NCBI GenBank assembly: GCA_046074525.1
Contig: JBJTOK010000010.1
Coordinates: forward strand, 86,541 to 150,540
Length of the DNA stretch: 64,000 bases
DNA from: Flavobacteriales bacterium
GTDB taxonomy: Bacteria; Bacteroidota; Bacteroidia; Flavobacteriales_C; GCA-002722245
Direction of reading: 5' to 3'
Both the position numbers and the translations under genes were made by a program. Positions 32,278-41,468 of the stretch are shown here, piece by piece. The notes under the pieces were generated by a model that was given only the letters and a program-made list of their open reading frames with translations, was not told the DNA's origin and ran no database searches. The first letter of the stretch is position 1. The number at the start of each line of letters is the position of its first letter.

Positions 32278-33093
32278 ATGGCAACATCCAATCAACCCAT
32301 AGGAATTTTTGATTCAGGTATTGGAGGACTTACTGTGGCCAACGCCATCAGTAAGTTATTGCCAAACGAAAAAATCATTTATTTCGGAGATACAGCTCAC
32401 GTTCCTTACGGAGATAAATCAGTGAGCAATATTCAGTTTTATTCGCAGAACATTGCTGATTTCCTTTTGGAAAAGAATTGCAAGATCATTGTGATTGCCT
32501 GTAATACAGCCTCTGCCGCAGCGCGAAAAACAACGGCGGAGCATGTCAAAAACACTCCGGTACTGAATGTAATCGATCCGGTGGTGGAACATGTAGCTTC
32601 CTATTTTTCAAAATCTACCATCGGACTCATAGGCACCAAGGGCACGATCAACTCCCGGGTTTATCCGAAAGCTATCAAAAAAGCCAACAAAAGTATTGAA
32701 ACACATTCTCTCGCCACTCCCCTCCTGGCCCCGATGATAGAAGAAGGTTTCTTCAACAACAACATTAGTAAAACCATTATCTCTGCTTATCTAGATAAAA
32801 GTGCTTTAAAGGGCATCGACGCACTGATTTTAGGCTGCACCCACTATCCGCTCATCCAGAAGGAAATTGAAGCAGTGTACAAAAAGAAAAAGGAGAAAAT
32901 TAAAATTCTCAACAGCGCCGATATCGTTGCTAATTCAGTAAAAGATGCACTGAAAAACCAAAAGCTTCTTTCCAAAAAAGATAATCCGAAACATGAGTTT
33001 TATGTTTCGGATTATACCGCATCCTTTGAAGAATCCACTAAGATTTTCTTTGGCGCTAAAGTGAAGCTGAAGGAAGTGAATTTGTGGAAGTAA
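32278..33093 (+). CDS. murI: Glutamate racemase
   Basis: IGIFDSGIGGLTV...IVIACNTAS...LGCTHYP motifs. Confidence 0.9.
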   Translation: MATSNQPIGIFDSGIGGLTVANAISKLLPNEKIIYFGDTAHVPYGDKSVSNIQFYSQNIADFLLEKNCKIIVIACNTASAAARKTTAEHVKNTPVLNVIDPVVEHVASYFSKSTIGLIGTKGTINSRVYPKAIKKANKSIETHSLATPLLAPMIEEGFFNNNISKTIISAYLDKSALKGIDALILGCTHYPLIQKEIEAVYKKKKEKIKILNSADIVANSVKDALKNQKLLSKKDNPKHEFYVSDYTASFEESTKIFFGAKVKLKEVNLWK

Positions 33094-33119
33094 AAATTCC
33101 TATTAATTGCAAATAGCCT

Positions 33120-33166
33120 GGGATTGCTTCGGATTTTGGGACAATAAATTTCTTCGCAATGACAAC
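33120..33166. repeat. Copy A of a ~47-bp interspersed hairpin-capable repeat (GGGATTGCTTCGGATTTTGGGACAATAAATTTCTTCGCAATGACAAC)
   Basis: Shares about 80% identity with the copies at 39084..39129 and 57920..57967. An internal ATTGC/GCAAT inverted pair. Sits between convergent genes. Confidence 0.7.
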
Positions 33167-33208
33167 TGTGCCTGTATCCTATTTTCAACAAGGAAAAAGT
33201 AAACGAAC

Positions 33209-33721
33209 TTACTTAAACCACCCCGAATATTTCACATAATTATTCGCAATGCGATTGATCTCGCCTTCCTGTAACTTCTGATCCACGTTCTTAATGAATT
33301 TAGCGGGAACACCGGCGAAGATAGAACCCGGCTCAACAATAGTTCCCTGTGTTAAAACAGCACCGGCGGCAATGATTGAATTTTCTCCTATCAAACAATT
33401 GTCCATAATGATGGCGCCCATACCAATGAGCACATTGTCTTTTACAGTACAACCATGAACAATGGCGTGATGACCTATAGATACATTGTTGCCGATATTG
33501 GTAGGACATTTCTGGTAAGTAGCATGAATACAGGCGCCATCCTGAACATTTACTTTATTTCCCATTTTGATGTAATGCACATCACCGCGCACCACAGCGT
33601 TAAACCAAAAACTACATTGGTCACCGCATACCACATCACCAACAATGGTGGCATTTTCAGCGATATAACAATCATTTCCAAACTGGGGAACTTTTCCTTC
33701 TACTGCTTTAATCAGGGCCAT
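33209..33721 (-). CDS. Gamma-class carbonic anhydrase family / hexapeptide-repeat protein
   Basis: Left-handed beta-helix hexapeptide repeats with the gamma-CA-like His pattern. Start taken at ATG 33721 (MALIKAVEG). The stop of the upstream gene lies 2 nt away. Confidence 0.8.
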   Translation of the reverse strand: MALIKAVEGKVPQFGNDCYIAENATIVGDVVCGDQCSFWFNAVVRGDVHYIKMGNKVNVQDGACIHATYQKCPTNIGNNVSIGHHAIVHGCTVKDNVLIGMGAIIMDNCLIGENSIIAAGAVLTQGTIVEPGSIFAGVPAKFIKNVDQKLQEGEINRIANNYVKYSGWFK

Positions 33722-33723
33722 AT

Positions 33724-35115
33724 TTACAATTTTACTATTCGTGTTACGATTTTCGTTGTGTCCTTCCACAACACAACAATATAGGTTGCTGCTGCGAGAT
33801 GCGATAAATCCAGAAACACCGTTTGCTGCGTGAAATTACTGAAAGCTTCTATTTCCTTGCCTTGAATATCATAAATAAATACAGAAATCTGATCGGGAGA
33901 CGAACCTGTATTCAAATACACACCATCTGTGAAAAGCGTTGGAGCCAGCGTATAATCAAACAATTCAGGCGGCACATCTTCCGTCGTTGAAATATCAGGA
34001 ACGGTACAGGTTATCACCTGATCACCGTCTACACGCACCAGGACAGCAAAATCTTTTTGCAGGAACTTTCCTCCCTCCGTAATGCTGAAACGATGAACAA
34101 AAACATAAGGAGCCGTTCGACCATCCGCAGGCAGGGTAGTCCAGGTGATGGTATCACTTACGGAAGAAGCGGTAATCAAGGGATGATTGCTTACTGTGGC
34201 GCCGGTGTTGTTCCAGGTGGAATAGGAAATAGTATGCGTTCCTACAAGGGAAATACTGCTTCCATACTCCAGCTCATCTGAAGGGGTGATCGTTTTCTCA
34301 TAGCTACCATTAGCATTCACTGTGAATTGAGGATCGATAGAAAAAGAAGGCGCAGTGGTAAACTCCGTGGACACCTCTACCAAAAAATCTATGTTGCTTA
34401 CACCAATCTTTTTACTCTTACGGAATTCATTCACCGTAACTGAAAAAGCATAACTTCCCTTCACAGGATTGCTCCATTTGAAAATGCCGGTGAGCGGATC
34501 AATCGTTACTGATGACGGCACAAAATAACCTTCCACGGTGAGACCGTTCACACCTTTGCAGTCGGTAATTTCGTAGCTCAAACTGTCGCCGTCGGGATCA
34601 AAGAGCCCAAAAGCAGTAGTATACTCCACGCCCTGACAAGCATAAAACAAAGGATCCATCTGGTATTCGGCCCCATTGTTCACACATACTGAAGGATCGG
34701 AATAAACAGGCAAGACAGATGAAATGAATAATTTCTTTATAGCCGATTTTCCTTCGTTGATATTGAGAATTCCAGTATGGCGAAAGGGCTCGGAGATATA
34801 CACCTGATAGTTTCCTTCTTTGGAGTAAGTATATTGCCCCTTGTAAATACTCTTCAGAATATCAGCGTTGACAAAAGTTCCTGTGCCATTACTCCGCGAC
34901 AACACCACCGTTTTTCCATCGCCGCAAAAGAGCGTCAGCAAGTCCTTATCACTTTGCGGATGATCGGTCGCTGTGTAGGTAATCACAGTGTACTCGTAAG
35001 AAAATCCGCCCAGCGATTTATAGGAAATACTGGCCCCTAAATAATGATCGGCCTTTAAAGAAAGACTGCATACAAAGAGGCAAAGGGCAAGAAGATATTT
35101 CAATTTTAAGGGCAT
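33724..35115 (-). CDS. Secreted protein with T9SS C-terminal sorting domain
   Basis: Signal peptide MPLKLKYLLALCLFVCSLSLKA at ATG 35115. Ig-like/beta-sandwich regions. The terminal ~80 aa (ISVFIYDIQGKEIEAFSNF...TYIVVLWKDTTKIVTRIVKL) are typical of a T9SS C-terminal domain. The long N-terminal extension in the ORF track is rejected. Confidence 0.6.
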   Translation of the reverse strand: MPLKLKYLLALCLFVCSLSLKADHYLGASISYKSLGGFSYEYTVITYTATDHPQSDKDLLTLFCGDGKTVVLSRSNGTGTFVNADILKSIYKGQYTYSKEGNYQVYISEPFRHTGILNINEGKSAIKKLFISSVLPVYSDPSVCVNNGAEYQMDPLFYACQGVEYTTAFGLFDPDGDSLSYEITDCKGVNGLTVEGYFVPSSVTIDPLTGIFKWSNPVKGSYAFSVTVNEFRKSKKIGVSNIDFLVEVSTEFTTAPSFSIDPQFTVNANGSYEKTITPSDELEYGSSISLVGTHTISYSTWNNTGATVSNHPLITASSVSDTITWTTLPADGRTAPYVFVHRFSITEGGKFLQKDFAVLVRVDGDQVITCTVPDISTTEDVPPELFDYTLAPTLFTDGVYLNTGSSPDQISVFIYDIQGKEIEAFSNFTQQTVFLDLSHLAAATYIVVLWKDTTKIVTRIVKL

Positions 35116-35176
35116 CAAGATGAAAATGTAAAACAGACTAAAATTATTGTATTTATCCTGAATAAAATACCTAAAC

Positions 35177-35536
35177 TTGAGTATGAAAAAAATATTCCAT
35201 TTAAAAACCTGTTCTACCTGCCAGAAAATCCTCAAGGAAGTAAAGCCTGGAAAGGATGTGGAGCTGCAGGATATCAAGACTGAAAAAATCACTCCCGAGC
35301 AGCTCGATGCGATGTATAAAATTGCCGGTTCCTATGAGAATCTCTTTACCAGAAAATCGATGAAATACCGCAGCATGGGTTTGGCAGATAAAAAACTCAC
35401 CGAGAAAGATTACCGCAAACTCATCCTGGAAGAATATACTTTCCTGAAACGCCCGGTAAGCGTGATCGGAAATGAAATTTTCATTGGCAATACCAAAGCC
35501 GCTGTAGAAGCACTGAAAGCGAAACTGAAAAAATAG
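35177..35536 (+). CDS. ArsC/Spx/YffB-family thioredoxin-fold protein
   Basis: KIFHLKTCSTCQK redox-active Cys motif near the N-terminus; 119 aa. Confidence 0.75.
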   Translation: MSMKKIFHLKTCSTCQKILKEVKPGKDVELQDIKTEKITPEQLDAMYKIAGSYENLFTRKSMKYRSMGLADKKLTEKDYRKLILEEYTFLKRPVSVIGNEIFIGNTKAAVEALKAKLKK

Positions 35537-35537
35537 A

Positions 35538-36422
35538 ATGACGAAAAACACCCTCGCCCATCTCACGCTTACCATGGTAAGCATTGTGTATGGCGCCAAT
35601 TATGTCATCATCAAAATTGTATCACCCTCGCATATGGGACCCAGCGGACTCGTACTCATACGTACGGTAATGGCTGTAGCTTTCTTCTGGATTGCCGGAC
35701 TATTTTTGAAAAACGCTAAAAAAATTGAGAAGCAAGACTGGTCGAAAATTGTGCTCTGCTCCATTTGCGGAGCGGCCTTTAACCAACTCACTTTCTTTCA
35801 GGGCGCGGTGAACACATCCCCTATCGATGCTTCGCTCATTATGACCAGTAATCCCATTATTGTACTGATTTTCGCATCTGTTTTGCTCAAGGAAAAACTC
35901 ACAAAGATGAAACTCGTCGGCATAGCCCTGGGCTGTATCGGCGCGGTGTTCATCATCATGCAGAAAGAAGGTGAAAACACTTCTTCCAGCTTGTATGGTA
36001 ATACCATGATTTTTGTGAACTCTATTTTGTTCGGACTCTACGTGGTACTTGTAAAACCTCTCATCACCAAATACGACACCATTACATTGATGAAATGGAT
36101 TTTCCTTTTCGGACTCCTGATGCTGATTCCCTTTGGCTACAATGAAACATTGGCTGTCGACTGGGATAGTTTCGACAACACAATATGGTGGGCTTTTATT
36201 TATTCTTCGGCCATTGTGACTTTTCTGGCTTACGTCCCCAATATTCTCGCCCTGCGCTGGGTATCTTCAGCACTGGTAAGTTCCTATCTCTACGTTCAGC
36301 CGCTGATCGCAGCAGCATTGGCAATGCTGTGGCTCGATGAAAGCTTATCGTTTTCAGCCATCTTTGCCGCTATCCTTATTTTTATTGGGGTTTACCTCGT
36401 AGGCAAGGAAAGCAAGGCCTAA
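35538..36422 (+). CDS. EamA/DMT-family transporter
   Basis: Ten predicted TM helices in two EamA halves. Confidence 0.75.
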   Translation: MTKNTLAHLTLTMVSIVYGANYVIIKIVSPSHMGPSGLVLIRTVMAVAFFWIAGLFLKNAKKIEKQDWSKIVLCSICGAAFNQLTFFQGAVNTSPIDASLIMTSNPIIVLIFASVLLKEKLTKMKLVGIALGCIGAVFIIMQKEGENTSSSLYGNTMIFVNSILFGLYVVLVKPLITKYDTITLMKWIFLFGLLMLIPFGYNETLAVDWDSFDNTIWWAFIYSSAIVTFLAYVPNILALRWVSSALVSSYLYVQPLIAAALAMLWLDESLSFSAIFAAILIFIGVYLVGKESKA

Positions 36423-36472
36423 GTGCTTTTTCTTACTTTTGGGAATATATAAGGAATCCCTTATGTTTGTGC

Positions 36473-37339
36473 ATGGTAAAATCAATGACAGGTTTCGGGA
36501 AAAGCGAAGTGCAGTTCGGCGGAAAAGTCGCCACTGTGGAAATCAAGTCGCTCAACAGTAAACAAACCGATATCAGCGTGCGCATGCCGCACCAGTACAA
36601 ATCCAAGGAAATTGACTTGCGCAACCTTATTACCCAAGCATTGAATCGAGGTAAAATTGATTTTACACTCAACATCGAATCTTCAGAAAACAACAGCACC
36701 AAAATCAACAAGGAACTGGCATTGCAATACTTCCAGCAAATTAAGGAACTGGAACCGTCGGTTGGCGATAAAATGTCGGAAGAAGTATTGTCTATCATCC
36801 TCCGCATGCCCGATGTAATGGGCAGCACCAAAGAGGAAATCGATGAAAACGAATGGACCAACATCATCAAGGCAGTGAACGCCGCTTTAGCCAATCTCGA
36901 TCAATTTCGCTGTTCGGAAGGAAAAGAACTGGAAAAAGACCTTTTCCTGCACATCAAAAACATTGAAGAACATTTGAAAAGTCTTGAGCCCCTGGATAAA
37001 ATCCGTGTAGCTAAAGTGCGCGAAAAACAGGAAAAAGCCATTGCTGACCTGAAAGACGCCAACATTGATAAAAACCGTTTTGAGCAGGAGTTGATTTACT
37101 ACTTTGAAAAAATCGACATCAGCGAAGAAAAAGTACGCCTCAGCACGCACCTCAACTATTTCATTCAAACCGCGAAAGAAGAAAATCCGGGAAAAAAACT
37201 TGGCTTCATTGCTCAGGAAATCGGCCGTGAAATAAATACCATAGGCTCTAAAGCCAACGATGCCGACATCCAGAAAGCAGTGGTGCAAATGAAAGACGAA
37301 CTCGAAAAAATTAAAGAACAAAGCTTAAATGTCCTCTAA
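36473..37339 (+). CDS. yicC: YicC-family protein
   Basis: MVKSMTGFGKSE aligns with the YicC N-terminus (MIRSMTAY...). C-terminal DUF1732-like region. Start moved from TTG 36467 to ATG 36473. Confidence 0.8.
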   Translation: MVKSMTGFGKSEVQFGGKVATVEIKSLNSKQTDISVRMPHQYKSKEIDLRNLITQALNRGKIDFTLNIESSENNSTKINKELALQYFQQIKELEPSVGDKMSEEVLSIILRMPDVMGSTKEEIDENEWTNIIKAVNAALANLDQFRCSEGKELEKDLFLHIKNIEEHLKSLEPLDKIRVAKVREKQEKAIADLKDANIDKNRFEQELIYYFEKIDISEEKVRLSTHLNYFIQTAKEENPGKKLGFIAQEIGREINTIGSKANDADIQKAVVQMKDELEKIKEQSLNVL

Positions 37340-37913
37340 TCTCTATAAAGGCAAACTGATTATTTTTTCGGCTCCGTCGGGCGCAGGAAAAACAACCATC
37401 GTGCGCCACCTACTCACGAAGGATTTCGGACTGGAATTCTCTATATCGGCCTGTACTCGCCAACGACGAGAAGGAGAAGTACATGGCAGGGACTATTACT
37501 ACATGACCATTCCCGAATTCAAAAGCAATATTGAACTCGAGGAATTTGTAGAATGGGAAGAAGTGTATAAAGACAATTTTTACGGCACACTGAAATCGGA
37601 AATCAACCGCATCTGGAAAAAAGGACACCATGTTATTTTTGATGTGGATGTGGATGGCGGACTCAATCTCAAAAAAGCTTTTGGCGACCGCGCGCTCTCT
37701 ATTTTTGTAATGCCTCCGTCTATCGAATCTCTGCGCGAACGACTCGAGCAACGCGACACCGAAACACACGAAAGCATCGCCCGCCGTATTGGCAAGGCGC
37801 CTCTTGAACTGGAAAAATCATCTCTATTTGATCTCATCATAGTAAACTCCGACCTGGAAATGGCTTGTGCAAAGGCTGAGCAGGTGGTGGAAGAATTTCT
37901 GGAAGGGAAGTAA
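37329..37913 (+). CDS. gmk: Guanylate kinase
   Basis: P-loop GPSGAGKTT and the GMP-binding region. Confidence 0.9.
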   Translation: MSSNLYKGKLIIFSAPSGAGKTTIVRHLLTKDFGLEFSISACTRQRREGEVHGRDYYYMTIPEFKSNIELEEFVEWEEVYKDNFYGTLKSEINRIWKKGHHVIFDVDVDGGLNLKKAFGDRALSIFVMPPSIESLRERLEQRDTETHESIARRIGKAPLELEKSSLFDLIIVNSDLEMACAKAEQVVEEFLEGK

Positions 37914-37918
37914 AACCA

Positions 37919-38494
37919 ATGAAAAAAATCGGACTCTTCTTCGGTTCCTTCAATCCTATTCATAATGGTCACATGATACTGGCCAACTACATGCTGGAAT
38001 TCACCAATGCAGAAGAAATCTGGTTTGTTATTTCACCGCAAAATCCGCTTAAAGAAAAAGCTTCTCTCCTCTCCGAAAACGACCGCTATCAGCTGGTTTT
38101 GGAGGCTATTGAAAACGAACCCCGCTTCAGGGCTTCCACTATTGAATTCAAATTCGCGCAACCATCCTATACGATCAACACACTCGTCCACCTTCAGGAA
38201 AAATATCCTGCTTATGATTTTTCTCTCATCATTGGAGAAGACAATCTTGGCACTTTCCATAAATGGAAAAACCACGAACGCATTTTAGAATTGTGTGATT
38301 TGCTGGTTTACCCTCGTCCACACTGCGAAAAAACCGCTTTTCATACCTATGAAAAAGTAAAACTGGTAGACGCCCCGCAAGTAGATATTTCTTCCAGCTT
38401 CATTCGCAAAGCGATTAAAGACGGAAAAAACGTGCAGTACTTCGTTCCGGAAAGAGTGTGGAAATACATGATGGAATGGGGTTTTTATAAATAA
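37919..38494 (+). CDS. nadD: Nicotinate-nucleotide adenylyltransferase
   Basis: GLFFGSFNPIHNGH (HxGH nucleotidyltransferase motif) and a SSTxIR motif near the C-terminus. Confidence 0.85.
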   Translation: MKKIGLFFGSFNPIHNGHMILANYMLEFTNAEEIWFVISPQNPLKEKASLLSENDRYQLVLEAIENEPRFRASTIEFKFAQPSYTINTLVHLQEKYPAYDFSLIIGEDNLGTFHKWKNHERILELCDLLVYPRPHCEKTAFHTYEKVKLVDAPQVDISSSFIRKAIKDGKNVQYFVPERVWKYMMEWGFYK

Positions 38495-38500
38495 CAGATT

Positions 38501-39043
38501 ATGATGATTGAATTCGCGCTAACGGAAAATGACTATTTGCACTATCAGCTATACACAGCATCATTGTCAAAGAGAATAATTGCAAAAAGAAAAAAAAGTA
38601 AATTTATTGTTCCACTTATATATCTGCTTCTCGGGGTTTTTCCCTTAATCAATTCAGACTTCATCTTTGCTTCTGGCTTTTTCTTTTTTGCTGTACTTTG
38701 GTTTTTTATTTACCCTCTATGGGAAAGCCGCTATTACTACAAACATTATCAAAATTTCATCAAGGAAAATTACAGTAATCAAACTGAACAAAAAGCAACT
38801 CTGGAATTCAATGGCACTACTTTGCTTTCCAAAGGCAATCTGGGTGAATCAAAAATAAACTTAACGAAAATATTGGATATCGTGGAGTTACGGGATTTGT
38901 TCATCCTTCGACTGGATACCGCCAGAGGAATTATTATTCCAAAATCAGCAACCAATACTGAACAAATGAGATCGCAACTGAAAGAAATCTCTAAGCAGCT
39001 TAATAAAAATTATAAAGACGAAACGCAGTGGGAGTGGAAATAA
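38501..39043 (+). CDS. Hypothetical membrane protein (YcxB-like)
   Basis: Two TM helices followed by a soluble domain; no motif I recognised. Confidence 0.4.
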   Translation: MMIEFALTENDYLHYQLYTASLSKRIIAKRKKSKFIVPLIYLLLGVFPLINSDFIFASGFFFFAVLWFFIYPLWESRYYYKHYQNFIKENYSNQTEQKATLEFNGTTLLSKGNLGESKINLTKILDIVELRDLFILRLDTARGIIIPKSATNTEQMRSQLKEISKQLNKNYKDETQWEWK

Positions 39044-39083
39044 TCATACCACACTCCGTTAAATTGAAAATATAGCTGAGAAT

Positions 39084-39129
39084 GGGATTGCTTCAATTTT
39101 TGGGTACAAAAATTTTCGCAATGACGAAC
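39084..39129. repeat. Copy B of the ~47-bp interspersed repeat (GGGATTGCTTCAATTTTTGGGTACAAAAATTTTCGCAATGACGAAC)
   Basis: See copies A and C. This copy is flanked by the 10-bp direct repeat TGAGAATGGG (39077..39086 and 39154..39163). Confidence 0.7.
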
Positions 39130-39153
39130 AAGAATCAGTGTGAGAGTGGGTTT

Positions 39154-39298
39154 TGAGAATGGGCCGGCAACTTCGTGCGAAGGCCCGAGCCAAGATGCGG
39201 GCCAGCGCTGGAGGTGAGGCAAAAAGCGCGGCCAAGGAACGAAGGCAACGCGTTTTTGCCGAGGCGCGTGGAAGCATATCTTGGCTATTGATTTTTTG
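39154..39298 (+). ncRNA. Candidate structured small RNA in a GC-rich non-coding island
   Basis: About 65% GC in an otherwise AT-rich, gene-dense genome. Nested helices: GGGCC...GGCCC (39161..39186), GCCAAGAT...ATCTTGGC (39188..39282), an inner GGCAAAAAGCGCG...CGCGTTTTTGCC stem, and a self-complementary CCAGCGCTGG. On the plus strand the structure is followed by a U-rich tail (TATTGATTTTTTGTT). No plausible coding frame. The strand and exact ends are uncertain. Confidence 0.25.
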
Positions 39299-39329
39299 TT
39301 ACTTTTTCATCAAGGAAAAAGTAAAGAAA

Positions 39330-40416
39330 TTACCCCCCATACTCCATCAAATAAGCCTTTACAAAAGGCATCAGCTCCCCATCCATCACATCGCCCACAT
39401 TACTCGTCTCCTGACCTGTACGAACATCTTTCACCATTTTATAAGGATGCATCACATAAGAGCGGATTTGCGACCCCCACTCGATGCGTTTTTTATTGCC
39501 TTCAATAACCGCTTGTGATTCCATACGCTTGCGCATTTCTGCTTCATACAATTGAGAGCGCAACATCTGAAGTGCCTTTTCCTTGTTTTGCAGCTGCGAA
39601 CGGGATTCCTGGTTTTTGATGATGATACCCGATGGCTTGTGATGTAAGCGCACCGCTGTTTCCACCTTGTTCACGTTTTGTCCGCCGGCACCACCCGAAC
39701 GAAAAGTATCCCATTCAATATCACCTGGATTGATTTGTATCTCCACCGTATCATCAATCACCGGATAAACGTACACTGACGCAAAAGAGGTATGGCGTTT
39801 ATTGGCTGCATCAAAAGGTGATAAACGCACCAGGCGGTGCACTCCATTTTCTCCTTTTAGATAGCCATAGGCATAATCACCTTCAAATTCTATACTGCAT
39901 GATTTTATACCGGCTTCTTCGCCGTCCTGCAATTCAAGTACGTTTACCTTAAAACCACATTTATCGCCAAACATTTTGTACATGCGCATGAGCATACTTG
40001 CCCAATCCTGACTCTCGGTCCCTCCCGCTCCCGGATTAATTTCCAGGATGGCGCTGAGGTGATCTTCACTGCCCGACAACATATTCTTAAATTCCATCGC
40101 CTCAAGTTTATCGAGCGCTTTTTTGTACAATACTTCCACCTCTTCTTCAGAAGATTCGCCTGCAGCATGAAATTCCATGAGAACATTGAGATCGTCCACC
40201 ATGACTTTCACTTCATTGTACCCTTCTACCCACGATTTTTTTTGCTTGATCTGGCGCAGCAGTGCTTCGGCAGCTTTTGGATTATCCCAAAAACCCGGCG
40301 CCTGCGTTTTTTCTTCTTCTTCCTGGATTTCTATGAGCTTCTTGTCGAGGTCAAAGATAGCCCCTTAACTCTCCGAGGCGCTTTAGGATGGCTTTATATT
40401 GTTCAGAAGTAACCAT
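39330..40416 (-). CDS. prfB: Peptide chain release factor 2 (requires +1 programmed ribosomal frameshift)
   Basis: The 0-frame [24 protein letters not shown] stops at TGA (40351..40353). The +1 frame continues [32 protein letters not shown]... and joins the 293-aa ORF 39330..40211, which contains GGQ (GAGGQNVNK) and SPF motifs. Confidence 0.9.
40350..40356 (-). other. prfB: prfB +1 frameshift site CTT TGA C, with an internal AGGGGC Shine-Dalgarno-like box 3 nt upstream
   Basis: Minus-strand sequence AGG GGC TAT CTT TGA CCT; the E. coli site is AGG GGG TAT CTT TGA C. Confidence 0.85.
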
Positions 40417-40451
40417 AATGTCGTACTTTTGCTGTAAAATTAATATTATCC

Positions 40452-41417
40452 GTGGAAAGAACAGCATTCGATAAAATAATTACCCTTCAATCTGGATTGT
40501 ATTGCCACTTCTACAAGGACCTGGTGGTGATCAACGACAGAATGATGATAGAAGAAAGGGATCTTGGAATGGATCTCGAAAAAACTACCGACAATAAAAA
40601 ATTGCGTTATGGCTTGAATATATTGCTCACCATGAGTATTCTCACCATGATCATCATCACAGGTTTCTATCCTTTAGCACTGTTGGTCTTCATTACGATA
40701 TGGGATTTAAAAAATATTAAGCGTCAGACCTTGCCCTTATTGGTGAGCGATTGTTTTCCGGTGAAAAATATAACCAGCGCAAAATTCATCAGCGGAAAAC
40801 TGGGCTTTAACCATATTGATCTTGTCATCACCAATGACAACGGGAAAAAGATGATGAAGATCTTAAAACTATACGACAGCAAGGAAGAAACAATGAAGGC
40901 CATTGGTATTTTCAAAGAAATGGGACTTTTCAAAGATAACACGCTTGACTTCGACAATACTATTCTGCAAAACCAGGAGTCTTTTAAGATCAATGATACC
41001 GAGAGTCTGTATCTTCTGGAAAAAGAAGTTGTGATGAGCAAAAAAAACATCTATCCCGAAAGAGCTGAATATGTTGGGGCCAACAATGTTGTTTTTATTT
41101 TTACGCTGATAGTTCTTGCTGGTGCTGTGGCCATCAAAAGCTACCAGATACTGGTGAAAGAAAAATTTGTTCTGGCCGACTACATTGTTTTAGCCTTGCT
41201 CCTACTCATCTTTCAATTGCCTTTCAAGTATTTCAATAAGTCCACCGCTGATATTATCGACCGTAATTTAATAGTGAAAATCTATGTCACGGAGAAAAAA
41301 GGAAAAGCTACTTTGACTATTGAATTCAAAAGCGAATGGTATTTCCCTCTGAAAAGAAAGATTGATTTTGAAGATGCAGCAGAAGCGAGGAAGGCGCTGG
41401 AAGCGCTGAAAAGCTAA
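40452..41417 (+). CDS. Hypothetical membrane protein with two repeated soluble modules
   Basis: Two hydrophobic hairpin regions, each followed by a ~90-aa module. No catalytic motif I recognised. Confidence 0.4.
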   Translation: MERTAFDKIITLQSGLYCHFYKDLVVINDRMMIEERDLGMDLEKTTDNKKLRYGLNILLTMSILTMIIITGFYPLALLVFITIWDLKNIKRQTLPLLVSDCFPVKNITSAKFISGKLGFNHIDLVITNDNGKKMMKILKLYDSKEETMKAIGIFKEMGLFKDNTLDFDNTILQNQESFKINDTESLYLLEKEVVMSKKNIYPERAEYVGANNVVFIFTLIVLAGAVAIKSYQILVKEKFVLADYIVLALLLLIFQLPFKYFNKSTADIIDRNLIVKIYVTEKKGKATLTIEFKSEWYFPLKRKIDFEDAAEARKALEALKS

Positions 41418-41426
41418 AACAAAAAA

Positions 41427-41458
41427 GGCTGTCTTCGCAGACAGCCTTTTTTGTTTTT
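41427..41458. terminator. Bidirectional rho-independent terminator
   Basis: GGCTGTCT-TCGC-AGACAGCC hairpin, preceded by AAAAAA and followed by TTTTTTGTTTTT. Lies between convergent genes (ends at 41417 and 41469). Confidence 0.8.
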
Positions 41459-41468
41459 AATCACATTA

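Noticed and set aside
39077-39163. Interpretation of TGAGAATGGG flanks as a clean target-site duplication of repeat copy B
   Set aside because: The conserved repeat core itself begins with GGGATTGC in all three copies, so the GGG is shared between the element and the flank. Copies A and C lack comparable flanking direct repeats, which leaves this ambiguous.
39154-39298. Identification of the GC-rich island as SRP (4.5S) RNA
   Set aside because: The AAGGAACGAAGGCAACGC loop is only loosely reminiscent of the SRP domain IV GGAAGGAAGCAGC motif. There is no convincing match, so it is kept as a generic ncRNA candidate.
39153-39518. Ala/Arg-rich 121-aa ORF across the GC-rich island
   Set aside because: Its composition is driven by the GC-rich non-coding segment. 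It continues into the antisense of prfB and is much more likely RNA or structural DNA than protein.
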